Shown piece by piece: positions 50,692 to 64,000 of a stretch of 64,000 nucleotides of DNA. A program made the position numbers and the translations under genes. Numbering within the stretch: the stretch's first letter is position 1; each line of letters starts with the position of its first letter. The notes below the pieces were generated by a model. The model was not told the origin of the DNA. It saw nothing but the letters and a program-made list of their open reading frames with translations, and searched no databases. Source of the stretch: Hemiscyllium ocellatum (Eukaryota); contig NC_083410.1 in NCBI RefSeq assembly GCF_020745735.1, positions 101,890,080 through 101,954,079 of the forward strand, written 5' to 3'.

Positions 50692-52734
50692 ATGGTAGAG
50701 TATTTAGTACATATATATTAAAAGCCTGCTATTCTTCAATTTGATATGTCACTTCATAATGTACAGCAAAATGTGTAATTGTACCAGCTCCCAAAGCTGT
50801 TCCTGGGGGATGGGGGTTGTGTGGAGGGGGGAATGCTCCATCTGGTGAAATTGTACTTGTATTTCATTAGCTGTCATTGTTACATTGCAGACATGGATTT
50901 TTTTTCTGCACTGGGTGAGTTCATTTGTTTTATAGCTTGTCCCTGTGGAGGTCTTCTAAAAGCTCCAAAAGTTTTAGAAGTAAGGTGTACATGATCTTGG
51001 ATTTAAATCAGTGTATTCTCAAGCAATCAAACTTTCATCACTAATAATTTCTGACTAATACAACAAAGTTGCAAAATAAAACATCAGTGCAACTTTCTTA
51101 ATGAAAATACCATCTTTTTATTGTTGAGGGGAGAAAAGAGGAATCTTAGTCTAATTTAGTTACAGGACTCCTGGAGATTTTGGCTATCTTCTTTCCTAAC
51201 TGAAAGTTATGCATCCGATGCTTGTGTTCCACCTACCAGCCGGGTGATGTAACATAGAAACAGAATTCATATTTATATTGTTTGTGAATGCTTTCTAGCC
51301 TTTCCTGTAATGTAATTTCTGCTTTAATCATTTCCATGCACTGTATATCTTCCTCAATCCATGTTTTTAAATAGCAGCAATATTCTTAAAATCAGAATTG
51401 GGTGAATGCTCATTGTTTTTATATTAACAACTATACTTCTTTATTAAGGTTGGAAACATTACCAGAATTTAATCTACACTATATTTTTGTACTTAATATC
51501 TTATAGTCATGACACAATTGATTCTGGCATCCTAAACCTCTCAACTGTGTTATTTTGTTTTTTTTTAACTGTTTAAACCAACTGAGTTGCATTATTTGTT
51601 TGGCTTTAAAGCCTGCAGTCTTTATTGTATTTCTGTTGTCATGTCACTTGTGTTTACATAGAACCTTCAATTTAGAAAAGTATTCCAAATATTTTCATAG
51701 TAGACAGTAAACTTTAAAGTTTGGAAGCAGGATGAAAACTGCTTGGTAATGACTGCGAATTTTAAATTGGATCCTAAAGAAGAGGTCTTGGAAGATTTTA
51801 TGATACTCCAAAGCACATGGCCTAGATGGTTGAAGCCATGCCACTGACATTAAGGTGAATACAGAGACATTTGAATGAGAAGCTCATAATATTTGGCCTA
51901 TTAGCAGCAGGTACTGGAGAAAAAGCCTGTAATTGGAGGAGCAACTTCTCACTGATTCTGTCCATTCTATTTGCAGCATGACTTTTCTCTGGTTACCCCA
52001 TGATTGAATTTTGCTGGGTATTTGGAGGCCTCCTTGTACTTTGAATCCTGGAATTGGGAGACATCAGAAATGGATTTGTATATGGGGATGAAAATTTTAA
52101 ATTGAAAGTTGGAAGCCAGTGTAGATGAGTAAGGGCAAGAGAAATGGGTAATTATTATTTAGTATCAGGCAATGGAAATTTGAAAAGTTGAAACTTATGC
52201 AGAATGGGGTAGCTAAAATTGCTTTGAAATAATTGAGTTTGACATTGTTAAATATTTTAAGAACACATGGGCTGAGATGAACCAAGGAGAAAGGAGGTAC
52301 TTTGTAACATAGTAGATCAGAATCCCAAGCTAAAGTTGCTGTTGCATCAGATATTAATGCCACTCAGTATTGTTCAACATGAGACAGTAGTATGGAATGA
52401 GTGCCAAGAGTCTGAGAGATGCGGTGATTTTGATTGATACTAAACCACATCTAAAGCTCAAGTCAGGTAAGGGAGAAGTGCGTGCAGAACCTGATTCCAC
52501 ATTCAAAATTGAATTGTCAGCTTCTGATTTTTTAAATGGGGACAACATTATGCATCACCCCATTGGTTTTAGGTTGTTTTCAGACTTTGATTTTCTACCT
52601 TGTAACTATTGTCTGACATTTTCAATGGAAAAAAATAAGTCATGAGGGCTTTGTGATGTCCTTCCATAATATTAAAGTAGTCCGGTGTTTCTCAATGTGG
52701 TCTTTAAATTTATCTTTTCCCTACAGAACGAATA

Positions 52735-53064
52735 GGCAGCATGGTAGATCAGTGGTTAGCACTGCTGCCTCGCAGCACTAGAGACCGGGTTTGATTCCTG
52801 CCTTGGACAACTGTGTGGAGTTTGTACATTCTCCCTGTGTCTGCTTGGGTTTCGTCCAGGTGCTCTGGTTTCCTCCCACAGACCAAAGACATGCAGTTTA
52901 GGTGAATTGGCCATGTAAGCTGCCCGTAATGTTCAGGGATGTGTAGGTTAGGTGCATTGGTCAGGGAAATGTAGGGGAGTGGGTCTAGGTAGGGTGCTGT
53001 TCAGAGGGTCAGTGTGGACATTTTGGGCCGAATAGCCTGTTTCAACACTAGGGATTCTGAGATT
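52735..53064 (+). mobile_element. HE1-type V-SINE
   Basis: ggcagcatggtagatcagtggttagcactgctgcctc head; V-domain core; tail gggccgaatagcctgtttc. Confidence 0.9.
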
Positions 53065-53551
53065 ATCATGTCTGTTAGTAATAGATAAGCAGTAATGCTT
53101 TTAATTGATCAGATGGTCCAAAACATTTTGACTGGGAAGGGAAAATTCATTGATTAATTTTTTGTTTACATATTATTATTCAGATCCTACAGTAAGGTAT
53201 TCAGACTCACGTGCAGTTACAAAAGTTATTTTGAGATGTAATAAATTTAGAATTTGATTCTTGCATTTGATTTGCGTGTCTTCCTGTTCTGCTGGCTGAG
53301 AGCTATTTTCATTAAATCATGTTGCTCTGCATTGAATACATTGCTCTGAACATAAAGAAATCAGATAGTTTCGATAAAAATTGGTGCTTAAGAGTATTCA
53401 CAAAAATTGGAAGAAACAGCGTATGATGTATTGTTTATTATACACATTATTTGTCAAACAAATTCAGAATGTATTCGGCAAGCTGAGGACATAATTGCTG
53501 AATTTGACTATATACATGTTTATGTTGCAGAGGTTGACAAAATAAAGGAAG

Positions 53552-54975
53552 ATGGTCAGCAATCAAGTTGTACTGGAGTCAAGGGCAGCCCCTAAAAACT
53601 TGTTGGATGAAATGCACAAACTCCGGATTTTATGCTACTTCTGTGATGTAACTGTGCAGATAGAGCACCAAGGCAACAAAGAGGAATTTGTTGCTCACAA
53701 AGCTGTATTGGCAGCTGCCAGCAGTTACTTTAAGGAACTGTTCCTTAATGAAATGGTGAACACTAAGATTACTATCGTTACTTTGCAAGACATTTACACA
53801 GCAGACTTTGCCTCTTTTTTGGATTTTGTGTATACTGCAAAAGTAGAGGTCGAAGCCGAGAGGGTACAAAGATTACAGGAGATTGCAGAGAAGTTGAAGT
53901 GCAGGGAGCTAGCCGAAGTTTGCAGTCAAGTAAAATCACAGATACTTGAATCAGCTCTAATGGACTTGGGCAATTTGGCTGATTCCCAGGGAGCAGAAGG
54001 AAATATAGACAATAAACAGGACAGTGATTGTATTTCGATTTCTTCTCAAAACACATTAGCAATTCCTTCAACAGTAGACATTCGCCAAGTGTCCACTGCC
54101 TATGATATTTCTGATGAAGAGAAATCTCATGAACAAGATTATAAGCCATTGCTAGTAACCACTAGAGCCAAAGGCTGGGAAAAGTCAGAAAAAGAGAAGA
54201 AAATGGGAAAAGCTTTCAGTGTAAAGGCCAAGCGAGCCAGTGGAAGGCTGGCAGGTCGAAAAGTCTTTTTGGAAATTCCCAAAAAGAAATATACTCGTAA
54301 GCTTCGCGAGCAAGAGAAGGTTGATCAAAATTTGGAAGAGGGATCTGAAAAATTGACCTGTGTAGAAGATAACCAAGTTGATGAAGACCAAGTGAAAAAA
54401 GAAACAATGGCTGAAATTGTTGAAGATCCAGATGAAGAAGATGGGATGATGGAAGGGGACGATGATGAAGATGAAGCAGAGAGTGATAGTGATTTTGAAT
54501 TAGATGAGGATACCAAAAAGACACCTGATGAGATTGAGAAAAAGAGAAGAGGTGGAAATTTTAAATGTGACAAATGTGAGAAAGACTTTCAATATGAGAA
54601 GAGCTACTTGAAACACATAGAGCAGAATCATGGTGTTACGCCTGAAATAATTTATCGCTGTGACACTTGCAATCAGACTTTTGCTAACCGCTGTAACTTA
54701 AAAAGCCACCAAAGGCATGTCCATGTTGAAGAGCGTCGCTTTCCATGCTCACTTTGTGGTAAAAAGTTTAAAAGGAAAAAAGATGTGAAGCGGCATAACC
54801 TTCAGGTTCATGAGGGTGGTGGAGAGCGTCACTTATGTCTGCAATGTGGTAAAGGACTGAGTTCCAAAACTGCTTTGAGACTCCATGAAAGGACGCACAC
54901 TGGAGATAAGCCTTATGAGTGCACGGAATGTCATGCTAAATTTTCTCAGCCATCTGCACTGAAGGTGCACTTGAG
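53552..54975 (+). CDS. GZF1: GDNF-inducible zinc finger protein 1 (ZBTB23), first coding exon: BTB/POZ + acidic linker + ZF1-5
   Basis: The N-terminus VVLESRAAPKNLLDEMHKLR...CDVTV...HKAVLAA and fingers YRCDTCNQTFANRCNLKSHQRHVH, KKFKRKKDVKRH, GKGLSSKTALRLHERTH match recalled vertebrate GZF1. Acceptor gttgcag at 53530 (exon starts 53531); donor AG/gtaaaa at 54976. Confidence 0.95.
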
Positions 54976-55049
54976 GTAAAATTGTGCAGAATACCGTTTT
55001 ATAATATGGATTTTGAGCCACTCAGTTATCTCTGCATGGATTTGAGGTA

Positions 55050-56939
55050 CTGTATAAACTCGTGTAAAAGTCAAATTTTTTTTTAGACTTTTTTAAAGTT
55101 GAAATTAGGAGATTGACTATTACACAAGTATTGTTTTCAAGGGGATGGAATTCAATCTTGTTATGAGTCAAAAATAGGCATATAAGAGCCAGATCACGAT
55201 ATAATTCTTTTTCATTTTGTTTATTATTTTATGAACATTATTGAATATTTGTCAACAAAATAACAGTGTCCATTCTGCCTGCTGCAGTAGAATGGTACTG
55301 TCATACAGCATTCCACTCACCAATACCTAAAATGCATGTAGGTCTGCACATACCCTAAATAGTCTAGTAATAGTTGAATTTTTTTGACTACTTTTTAAGG
55401 TTAAATTTATGTGGTCGACTCAACAAGGTTCCCCACGGGAGACTGATTAGCAAGGTTAGATCTCATGCAATAGAAGGAGAACTAGCCATTTGGATACAGA
55501 ACTGGCTCAAAGGTAGAAGACAGAGGTTGGTGGTGGAGGGTTGTTTTTCAGACTGGAGGCCTGTGACCAGTGGAGTGCCACAAGGATCGGTGCTGGGCCC
55601 TCTACTTTTTGTCATTTACATAAATGATTTGGATGCAAGCATAAGAGGTACAGTTAGTAAGTTTGCTGATGACACCAAAATTGGAGGTGTAGTGGACAGC
55701 GAAGAAGGTTACCTCAGATTACAACAGGATCTGGACCAGATGGGCCAATGGGCTGAGAAGTGGCAGATGGAGTTTAATTCCGATAAATGCGAGGTGCTGC
55801 ATTTTGGGAAAGCAAATCTTAGCACTTATACAGTTAATGGTAAGGTCCTAGGGAGTGTTGCTGAACAAAGAGACCTTGGAGTGCAGGTTCATAACTCTTT
55901 GAAAGTGGAGTTTGCAGGTAGGTGGGATAGTGAAGAAGGTGTTTGGTATGCTTTCCTTTATTGGTCAGAGTATTGAGTACAGGAGTTGGGAAGTCATTTT
56001 GCGGTTATATAGGACATTGTTTCGGCCACTGTTGGAATATTGCATGCAGTTCTGGTCTCCTTCCTATTGGAAAGATGTTGTGAAACTTGAAAAGGTTCAG
56101 AAAAGATTTACAAGGATGTTGCCAGGCTTGGAGGATCTGAGCTACAGGGAGAGGCTGAACAGGCTGGAGCTGTTTTCCCTGAAGCGTCATAGGCTGAGGG
56201 GTGACCTTATAGAGGTTTACAAAATTGAGGGGCAAGGATAGGATAAATAGACAAAGTCTTTTCACTGGGGTCGGGGAATCCAGAACTAGAGGGCATAGGT
56301 TTAGGATGAGAAGGGAAAGATATAAAAGAAACCTAAGGGGCAACCTATTCACGCAGAAGGTGGTATGTGTATGGAATGAGCTGCCAGAGGATGTGGTGGA
56401 GGCTGGTACAATTGCAACATTTAAGAGGCATTTGGTTGGGTATTTGAATAGGAAGGGTTTGGAGGGATATGGGCCAGGTGCTGGCAGGTGGGACTAGCTT
56501 GGGTTGGGATATCTAGTCAGCATTGGCGGGTTGGACCGAAGGGTCTGTTTCCATGTTGTACATCTCTATGACTATTACAGAGAAGACTACTTTTGAGGGG
56601 CTAGAATTCATGTCCATCAAAATTCATACCGTTTCATTAGCAGAAGTCCAGTTGATGTCTAAACAAATAAAGAAGAAAAACACAAAAATTACAGTAATTC
56701 TGACGAGCTGGAACAGAGAGTAACAAGCTGGTAGACTGAAAGATCCAGTCGGGATGGAGCGGTACACCCAGCAGACTAGAAAGCTGGAGTGGAGCGCAAC
56801 GGGCAGGCACACTGACTCATAAATGTTGATCTGTTATCTGTGAAGTACTAGGGTCGACTTATATTGAAAATTCCAGATTTTTGATGAAAGGTAGGAGGTT
56901 AACTTTACATGAGATCGACTTATATTCGAGTATATAAGG
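55050..56939. mobile_element. Tc2/pogo-like MITE with TA TSD, interrupted by CR1 55421-56571
   Basis: ta|ctgtataaactcgtgtaaaagtc ... gacttatattcgagtatataagg|ta imperfect TIRs; internal gtcgact(t/a)-type repeats. Confidence 0.78.
55421..56571 (+). mobile_element. CR1 3' 1.15 kb, young
   Basis: GVPQGSVLGPLLFVIYINDLD, KFADDTK; tail ctctatgact; gact at both junctions. Confidence 0.95.
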
Positions 56940-57504
56940 TAGTTCAGAGGATCTTGTCAGTTACAGCAGTATAATCTACACATAATTAAAGTATAATCTG
57001 GTGCCTTACATTTTTATGAGCAAGATGGAAGAAGTTATTGATTCATGTAAAATTATGTAAAAGAGGTCTTCATCTTGAAATTTCTTTAGAAAACTGCATT
57101 TTCTTTGAATGCATCATTTCACTGACTAGGTGATTTGCTAACCAAAATGAAAAGGAAATGTTCTTGAGCATGCATATGGTGAGACAACCTCATGCCTGCC
57201 ATTCCATTTGGCCAGACTCCAGTCTGAGGTGTTGATTTTTATTTAATCAGCAACTGCAATTCCTGGAAGCCATGCAATAGCCACCTTTTTTCTGAGTTTA
57301 AGGTGATTATTACACCACTTTGTGGAAGTGAGCATCTCGATAATTTGTAGCATTGTTTGTCTTTCAACGAGCGCATACGTAGTTTGTACTGAGGCCTCAT
57401 TAGCAGAGATTGCCTGTGCTAGTTTGTGCTGAGCCTCTTTATTAAGGTCCAATTTTCACTGTGCTATTTCAAAGCCTGCCACTTGACAGATGGGGTTTGT
57501 CACA

Positions 57505-59345
57505 CCGAGTCATAGAGATGTACAGATCAGAAACAGTCCTTTTGGTTCATGCCAACCAGATATCCCAATCCAATCTAGTCTCACCTGCCAGCACCTGGCT
57601 CATACCCCTCCAAACCCCTCCTATTCAAATGCCCATTATGATGCCTTTTAAATGTTGCAATTGTACTAGCGTCCACCACTTCCTTTAGCAGTTCATTCCA
57701 TACACTTATTACCGTCTGCATTATAAAGTTGCCCCTTAGGTCTCTTTTATATCTTTCCCCTCTCATCCTAAACGTGTGCCCTCTAGTTCTGGACTCCCCC
57801 ACCCCAGGGAAAAGACTTTGTCTATTTATCCTGTCCATGCCCTTCATGACGTTTATAAACCTCTATAAGGTCATCCCCTCAGCCTCCAACGCTTCTGAGA
57901 AAACAGCCCTAGCCTATTCAACCTCTCTATAGCACAAATCCTCCAACCCTGACAATATCCTTGTAAATCTTATTTGAACCCTTTCAAATTTCACAACATC
58001 GTTCCGATAGGAAGGAGGCCAGAATTGCATGCAATATTCCGACAGTGGCCTACCAATGTCCTATATAGCCGCAACATGACCTCCCAACTCCTGTACTCCG
58101 TACTCTGACCAATAAAGGAAAGCATACCAAACGCCGCCTTCACTATCCTCTCTTACTGCGACTCCACTTTCAAGGAGCTATGAAGCTGTACTCCAAGGTC
58201 TCTTCATTCAGCAACACTCCCTAGGACCTTACCCATTAAGTGTATAAGTCCTGCCAAGATTTGCTTTCCCAAAATGCAGCACCTCACATTTATCTAAATT
58301 AAACTCCATCTGCCACTTCACAGTTCATTGGCCTATCTGATCAAGATCTCGTTGTAATCTGAGGTAACCTTCTTTGCTGTCTGCTACACCTTCAATTTTG
58401 GTGTCATTAGCAAACTTTGCCTCTTATGCTTACATCCAAATCATTTATAAAATTATGTAAAGTAGTGGACCCAGCATCGATCCCTGTGGCACTCCACTGG
58501 TCACAGGTCTCCATTTTGCAAAAAAAACCTTCCGCCGCCACCACCACCCTCTGTCTTCTACCTTTGAGCCAGTTCTCTGTCCAATGGTGAGTTCACCCTG
58601 TATTCCATGAGATCTAACCTTGCTCACCAGTCTCCCATGGGCAACCTTGTCCAATGCCTTACTGAAGTCCATATAGATCGCATCTACCACTCTGCCCTCA
58701 TCAATCCTCTTTGTTACTACTTCAAAAAACTCAAATCAAGTTTATGAGAAATGATTTCCCACGCATAAAACCATTTTGACTACTCTTAATCAGTCCTTGC
58801 CTTTCCAAATACACGTACATCCTGTCCCTCAGGATTCCCTCCAACAACTTGCCCACCACCGAGGTCAGGCTCACCGATCTATAGTTCCCTGGCTTGTCCT
58901 TACCACATTTTTTAAACAGTGGCACCACATTTGCCAACCTCCAGTCTTCTGGCACCTCACCTGTGACTATCGATGATACAAATATGTCAGCAAGAGGCCC
59001 AGCAATCACTTCTCTAGCTTCCCACAGAGTTCTCGGGTACACCTGATCAGGTCCTGGGGATTTATCCACTTAAGTGATTCAAGACATCCAGCACTTCCTC
59101 CTCTCTAATATGGACATTTTTCAAGATGTCACCATCTATTTCCCTACATGCTATAACTTCCATCTCCTTTTCCACAGTAAATATTGATGCAAAATACTGC
59201 TTTGCTGATCTTTGAGCGGCCCTCTTCTCTCCCTAGTTAGCCTTTTGTCCTTAATGTATTTGTAAAAACCCTTTGGATTCTCCTTAACTCTATTTGCCAA
59301 AGCTATCTCATGTCTCCTTTTTGCCCTCCTGATTCCTCTTCTCCT
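57505..59345 (-). mobile_element. CR1 3' 1.8 kb, decayed
   Basis: Minus ORFs DKSPGPDQVYPRTL, YMDFSKALDKVAH, GVPQGSMLGP; tail at ~57508. Confidence 0.93.
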
Positions 59346-60217
59346 ACTGTTAGAGATTTCCCATGGGAATTGTGACCGTTTGTAGTGTACAGCCAATGTT
59401 ATCAAGAGAAGATTCAAAAGTTGAAAAGAAAGTCGACCCTGGTTACATTCTGGAGTCTAGCAGCTGGTTAGAAACCAGCAGTATTGGGATGCCATTGATC
59501 CCCCTCATTCTTTGCAGAGTCTGTTTGCACACTGCAGTGCATAGTCTCTCTAAGATTGTCACATGACCATGCATAGGAGTATCTTAAAACACTTAATTAT
59601 TCATGACCTATTTGTCCCCTTCATGGCACATTCCTGATAGCTTTTGAGCCGCAAACCCACACTGTTTAGAGGAAAGATGAGTGGTCTTTTGAATTTATGT
59701 AATGTTTTACCTGTACATCAGTGTGACAAACAAAAGTATGAATGCCAAACAGGTAAAAGAGAAAAATTAGGGAGGGAAGATCACAAAGCATCAGAGAGCA
59801 GGGGCTTAATGAGTCTTTTGAAGATAGAGAGAAAAATAGCAAGACAAAGTTTCAAGAGTGGATTTCAGATTGGGGTGTAGAAGCATGTTACTTTCTTACA
59901 TCCCCTTTTCTCCTTTGGTAATGAGATTGAGAAAGAAGTAAGGGAAAGACTTGCTTCAAGTATTTTATCATATTTTTTGGACTGATATTGTAAAAAAAAA
60001 CCTTTCAGATAAATTTGGTAGTATTTGTGAACCCCCACTTGAAAATTGAGATTTTTGTCCGAGTTTCAGTAATCACACTGCCACTGACTGTTTTGAAGTT
60101 GTAACTATACTGCATTCAGCATTGGAAAGGGCATTTCTGCTTTAGAATTTAATGTAGTTCTTATGAAATTTCAAGCAATGTTTTGTAATTTGATTTTTTT
60201 AAAGTAAATTTTTTTAA

Positions 60218-60400
<183 letters not shown>

Positions 60401-61979
60401 TGAAGCAGTTCAGTTTGTACAGCCTGAAACAAGGTGTAAAATGCAAATCAAAAGTTGTGATTCAGCTACATCTCCTAGCTTATTAACAAGTATCTGGAAT
60501 TGGCAGCACTGCTTGAAACTGCTGATAACCTTGGAGCTCTGCCATAGCAAATGGCATATATTTGAAAGAAAGTGAAAATAGAAGCTAAATAAATTGGTAG
60601 TAATAAAGAATAAACGAATGTTAAACATGATATGCCTGTGCAAGTAAAAAGTGGCTCTGTCTCTGGAAGTACCTCAACCCAATTATTATGGTCTACAATC
60701 TGTTAAATTATCACCGCTATCCATTGAACGGTTTGACCTCTGGAAGGTAAGTACCTAGACACTAGAGGAAATAAGTTTCTGAATGAAGAGTATGGTAATG
60801 GAGGAAATAAAATGGAATTATCACCTTGCAAAGAACTGTCTCGCATCTCTGTTGCAATTTGTAATATTAAATCAAGCTGTGAAGAAGTCAGTTTGGTTGC
60901 TTTGACAATCATGTACAGATGAAGAAAAACTTTTTTGTTATGATGTAAAAATAAATGTAACAAGGCAAAAACTTTAATTTTTCAAAAGCCTTTTTAAAAG
61001 TTATATTTGTGCAGATTTGACCATTTATTTTTACATTAATTTTCTTCCCAGCTTTTCTTTAAGTGTTAAACAGGCATGTATTGTTTTCATTGTACTGCTG
61101 TGCTTACAACAATCTCTCTTAATGAGGGTGTCTCATTTGGACTGTCCACAAGCTATTTACCTCATGTGAACTGCAGCTGAGCGTAACCTTGGCTAATGTG
61201 CACTCATTCAGTTTGAGTAAAGGTCACTGGATATTGGTCAGGAGCAAAACCTTGGCCAGTTCTCCTCCCCTTACCTTGTTCTACTGCAGTGTTATCAGAT
61301 CAAATAAGCCTTCACAGAGTGGAGATTGAACTACTTTGTGCAGCTTACTGTGATAAACTGTTAAGCCCGAGGCATCCTTGAAGAAACCTCCTTAATGTTT
61401 TGCAGAACTCCAAAACAAGAACAAAAGTGTTTTTGTGTAAGTAATAAGTATTAGAAATAATTGTTACTGGTGTTTTTCTGGATATTTCAGATGTGTGAAG
61501 AAATTTAGGAGCTGCTGGTACTGTTCTAAAGTTAGAGTGTTTGTCCAAGTTTAAATGTTTGATCAAGCTCCACAGAACCAGGATCTTGAGAGGAGTCAGG
61601 AATTTATTAAGTTTGTTGTGCTTTGACATAGTCCCAAGAGAGATAATATGGTACTTTATGAAGGCAAGTTTGATAAAATGAATTTAGGAGTACAAACCTG
61701 TAAGTTTCAGCCAACTGTGTTGCGGAAGAAATATTGACGTATGTAGCCACTACATATCCAAAAAGAAATTAAATGTAAAAATAAATGGTCATTGGATCTA
61801 AATATGTGCTAACAGAAAATGATGGAACAGCACAGTTGGACATCCAAAGCAAAGGTTATAGAAACTGATCAATCTGCTCAATGTTTATAAAGTTTTCTAG
61901 TTTTTATTTTGACTTTGATTCATTTTCTTTTTCCTCCCTTTTATACATATATAATACCTGAAAAGGACTGCAAACTGAT

Positions 61980-63230
61980 CGAATGACCATAGGACACAGG
62001 AGCAGAAATGACCATTTTGGTCCATCCAGTCTTCTGTGCCATTCACTGAGTCCATAGTTGATCTGATCCTTAATATTACTCTTCTTGCATTTTTCCCATA
62101 ACTCTTGATTTCCTAACTGAAACTATGCTTTTCAGCCTTGAATATAATTAACATTGCTGCCTCAACAGCCCTTTATGGTTTCAAAAAAAATTCCACAGAT
62201 TCAACACCATCTGAGAGAAGAAATTTGTCCTCATCTCTCATAAATGATTTGATTAAATTATTTAAAGTGTGGAAACAGGCCCTTCAGCCCAACAAGTCCA
62301 CACCGACCCACCAAAGCGCAACCCAGCCAGACCCATTTCCCTACATTTACCGTTTCACCTAACAGTATGGGCAATTTTTTTTTAGCATGGCCAATTCACC
62401 TAACATGCTCATTTTTGGACTGTGGGAGGAAACTGGAGCACCCGGAGGAAACCCACACAGATGCAAGGAGAATGTGCAAACTCCACACGGTCAGTTGCCT
62501 GAGGCAGGAATTGAATCCGGGTCTCTGGTACTGTGAGGCAGCAGTGCTAACCACTGTGCCAACATGCCACCCATAAATGTGTGACCTCTTATTCTGAGAT
62601 TATGCCCTCTGATCCTAGTCCGTCAGGCCTCCGTGCAATGCTAATATATCCAAACTCAATAGATAATAGGGAAAACAAAAAAGAGAATGGAGTATGCAAA
62701 TAGGAAGTCTTGCTAAAACTGTATTCGCACAATTTCAACCATGTCTAGAATATTGTGAAGTTTTGGTCTCCTCATAAGTTCCTTGAATATTGTGAAGTTT
62801 TGGTAACTTATTTAAGATGTCTAAATTGTGCCTTGTACAGTTTTAGCAAGCCTGCCCTATTTTTATATGCCATTCCTTTTGAAATAAAGGCTACCATTCC
62901 ATTTGCATTCCCTGTGCCTACTGATCTTGGATGCCACCTTTTTGTGATTTTATATAAGGGTACCTCCAAAACTCCCTCTGTTGCAACTTTCTGCAGTCTG
63001 TCTGTGCTGAAATAATATTTGGCTTCTATTTTTCCTGCCAAAGTTCATAACCTCACATTTTCCTACATTATTTTCCATTTACCATACTTTTGCCCACTCA
63101 CTTAATCTGTCTATAATCCCTCTGCACCTTTTTGTCAATTTCACCTCCTGCCTTCCCACCTGTTTTTGTGCCATGTACAGACTTGTTGATAGTACATTCA
63201 CTTCCCTTATCGAAGTCATTAATATGTAAT
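61980..63230 (-). mobile_element. Old CR1 fragments (partly rearranged) with nested HE1 SINE
   Basis: 3' UTR like 23419-23490; minus ORF ANGMVAFISKGMAYK...LLKLYKA; a short + piece at ~62640-62820. Confidence 0.7.
62266..62573 (-). mobile_element. HE1-type V-SINE
   Basis: Same family as 7575-7893. Confidence 0.9.
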
Positions 63231-64000
63231 ATATATATAAATTCCTGATTCTCTCATTATTTTTATGTTATTCAAATAATCACAATAGTCACTTTTTAAT
63301 AACCTACTATGAACTTCTGAGAGACAAGAAATGATGCACATATGTTCCCATAATCTGACACTTGGGGTGTGAATAAAACTGAGCTGAAATGATGCTTACA
63401 TTTTATTAATAGACTTAAATTAACATTCTGATCATTTGTTTTTCAACCATTACTGTTTTCAGTACATATGAATTTTACTTTTTGGACTTTCCACTTACTT
63501 CTACTTACTATACTGAACATTGAGACTATTTAATCAGCATTTTTTAAAGAAAGTCAATGCATTCCTGGCCTTTGTTTTTAACTGGAACATTCATGCCTGT
63601 AATTCACAAGAAAAAACATCTTGCTTGGATTTGTCCTACAAAAAGACTTGTTTACCAGAAGAGGAGTGTTCCTGTGGCCTGTGTTAGTGCTTTCTGGTTG
63701 GTCAAAAATGAATCTATTTGAATTTGTGAACATGAGTTTTAAAAAAATTAAGTGTCATATATGGGAATTGAAATTAGAAATATTGTAGAATTTTTGTGAA
63801 AATGCTTTTCTTTGAAGTAAAATCGGATATTATAATTCTGATGAAAATGCACAAGATAAATCTCAAATTGCAACCATGGCTAGGAAATCCTTCAACACCA
63901 GGATAGAGTCCAACAGGTTTGATTCTAATCTAAAAAGGTGAGATAAGAGGTCAATCTAAACATCAGGTCATAGACAGAGAACACAGGGGGCAAACACCTT

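Overview
Eukaryotic, AT-rich, repeat-dense vertebrate DNA, most likely from a shark (inferred from HE1-type V-SINEs and abundant CR1/HER1-like LINEs). Two tandem, same-strand (+) paralogous C2H2 zinc-finger genes are present. (1) A GZF1-like gene has 5 visible coding exons (12885-20965) and 10 fingers, with no BTB domain inside the window. (2) GZF1 itself has a CpG-island promoter and first exon at ~46.1-46.6 kb, a BTB + ZF1-5 exon at 53531-54975 and a ZF6 exon at 60262-60356; the rest lies beyond the window. The remainder is mostly layered mobile DNA: many CR1 copies, a near-full-length decayed L1, L2, Rex/Babar, Gypsy fragments, a solo LTR, Penelope-like elements with minimal hammerhead-ribozyme motifs, three SINE families and two Tc1/mariner-pogo MITEs. 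The most unusual structures are: the divergent GZF1 paralog; an 18S rRNA 5'-end copy fused head-to-head to a CR1 inside an LTR inside a SINE; a CR1 with twin-priming geometry; a dispersed set of Penelope hammerhead motifs, including an inverted pair in an intron; and a CCAAT-box/G-quadruplex minisatellite behind the GZF1 promoter. All family assignments come from recalled motifs, not database searches, and repeat boundaries are approximate.
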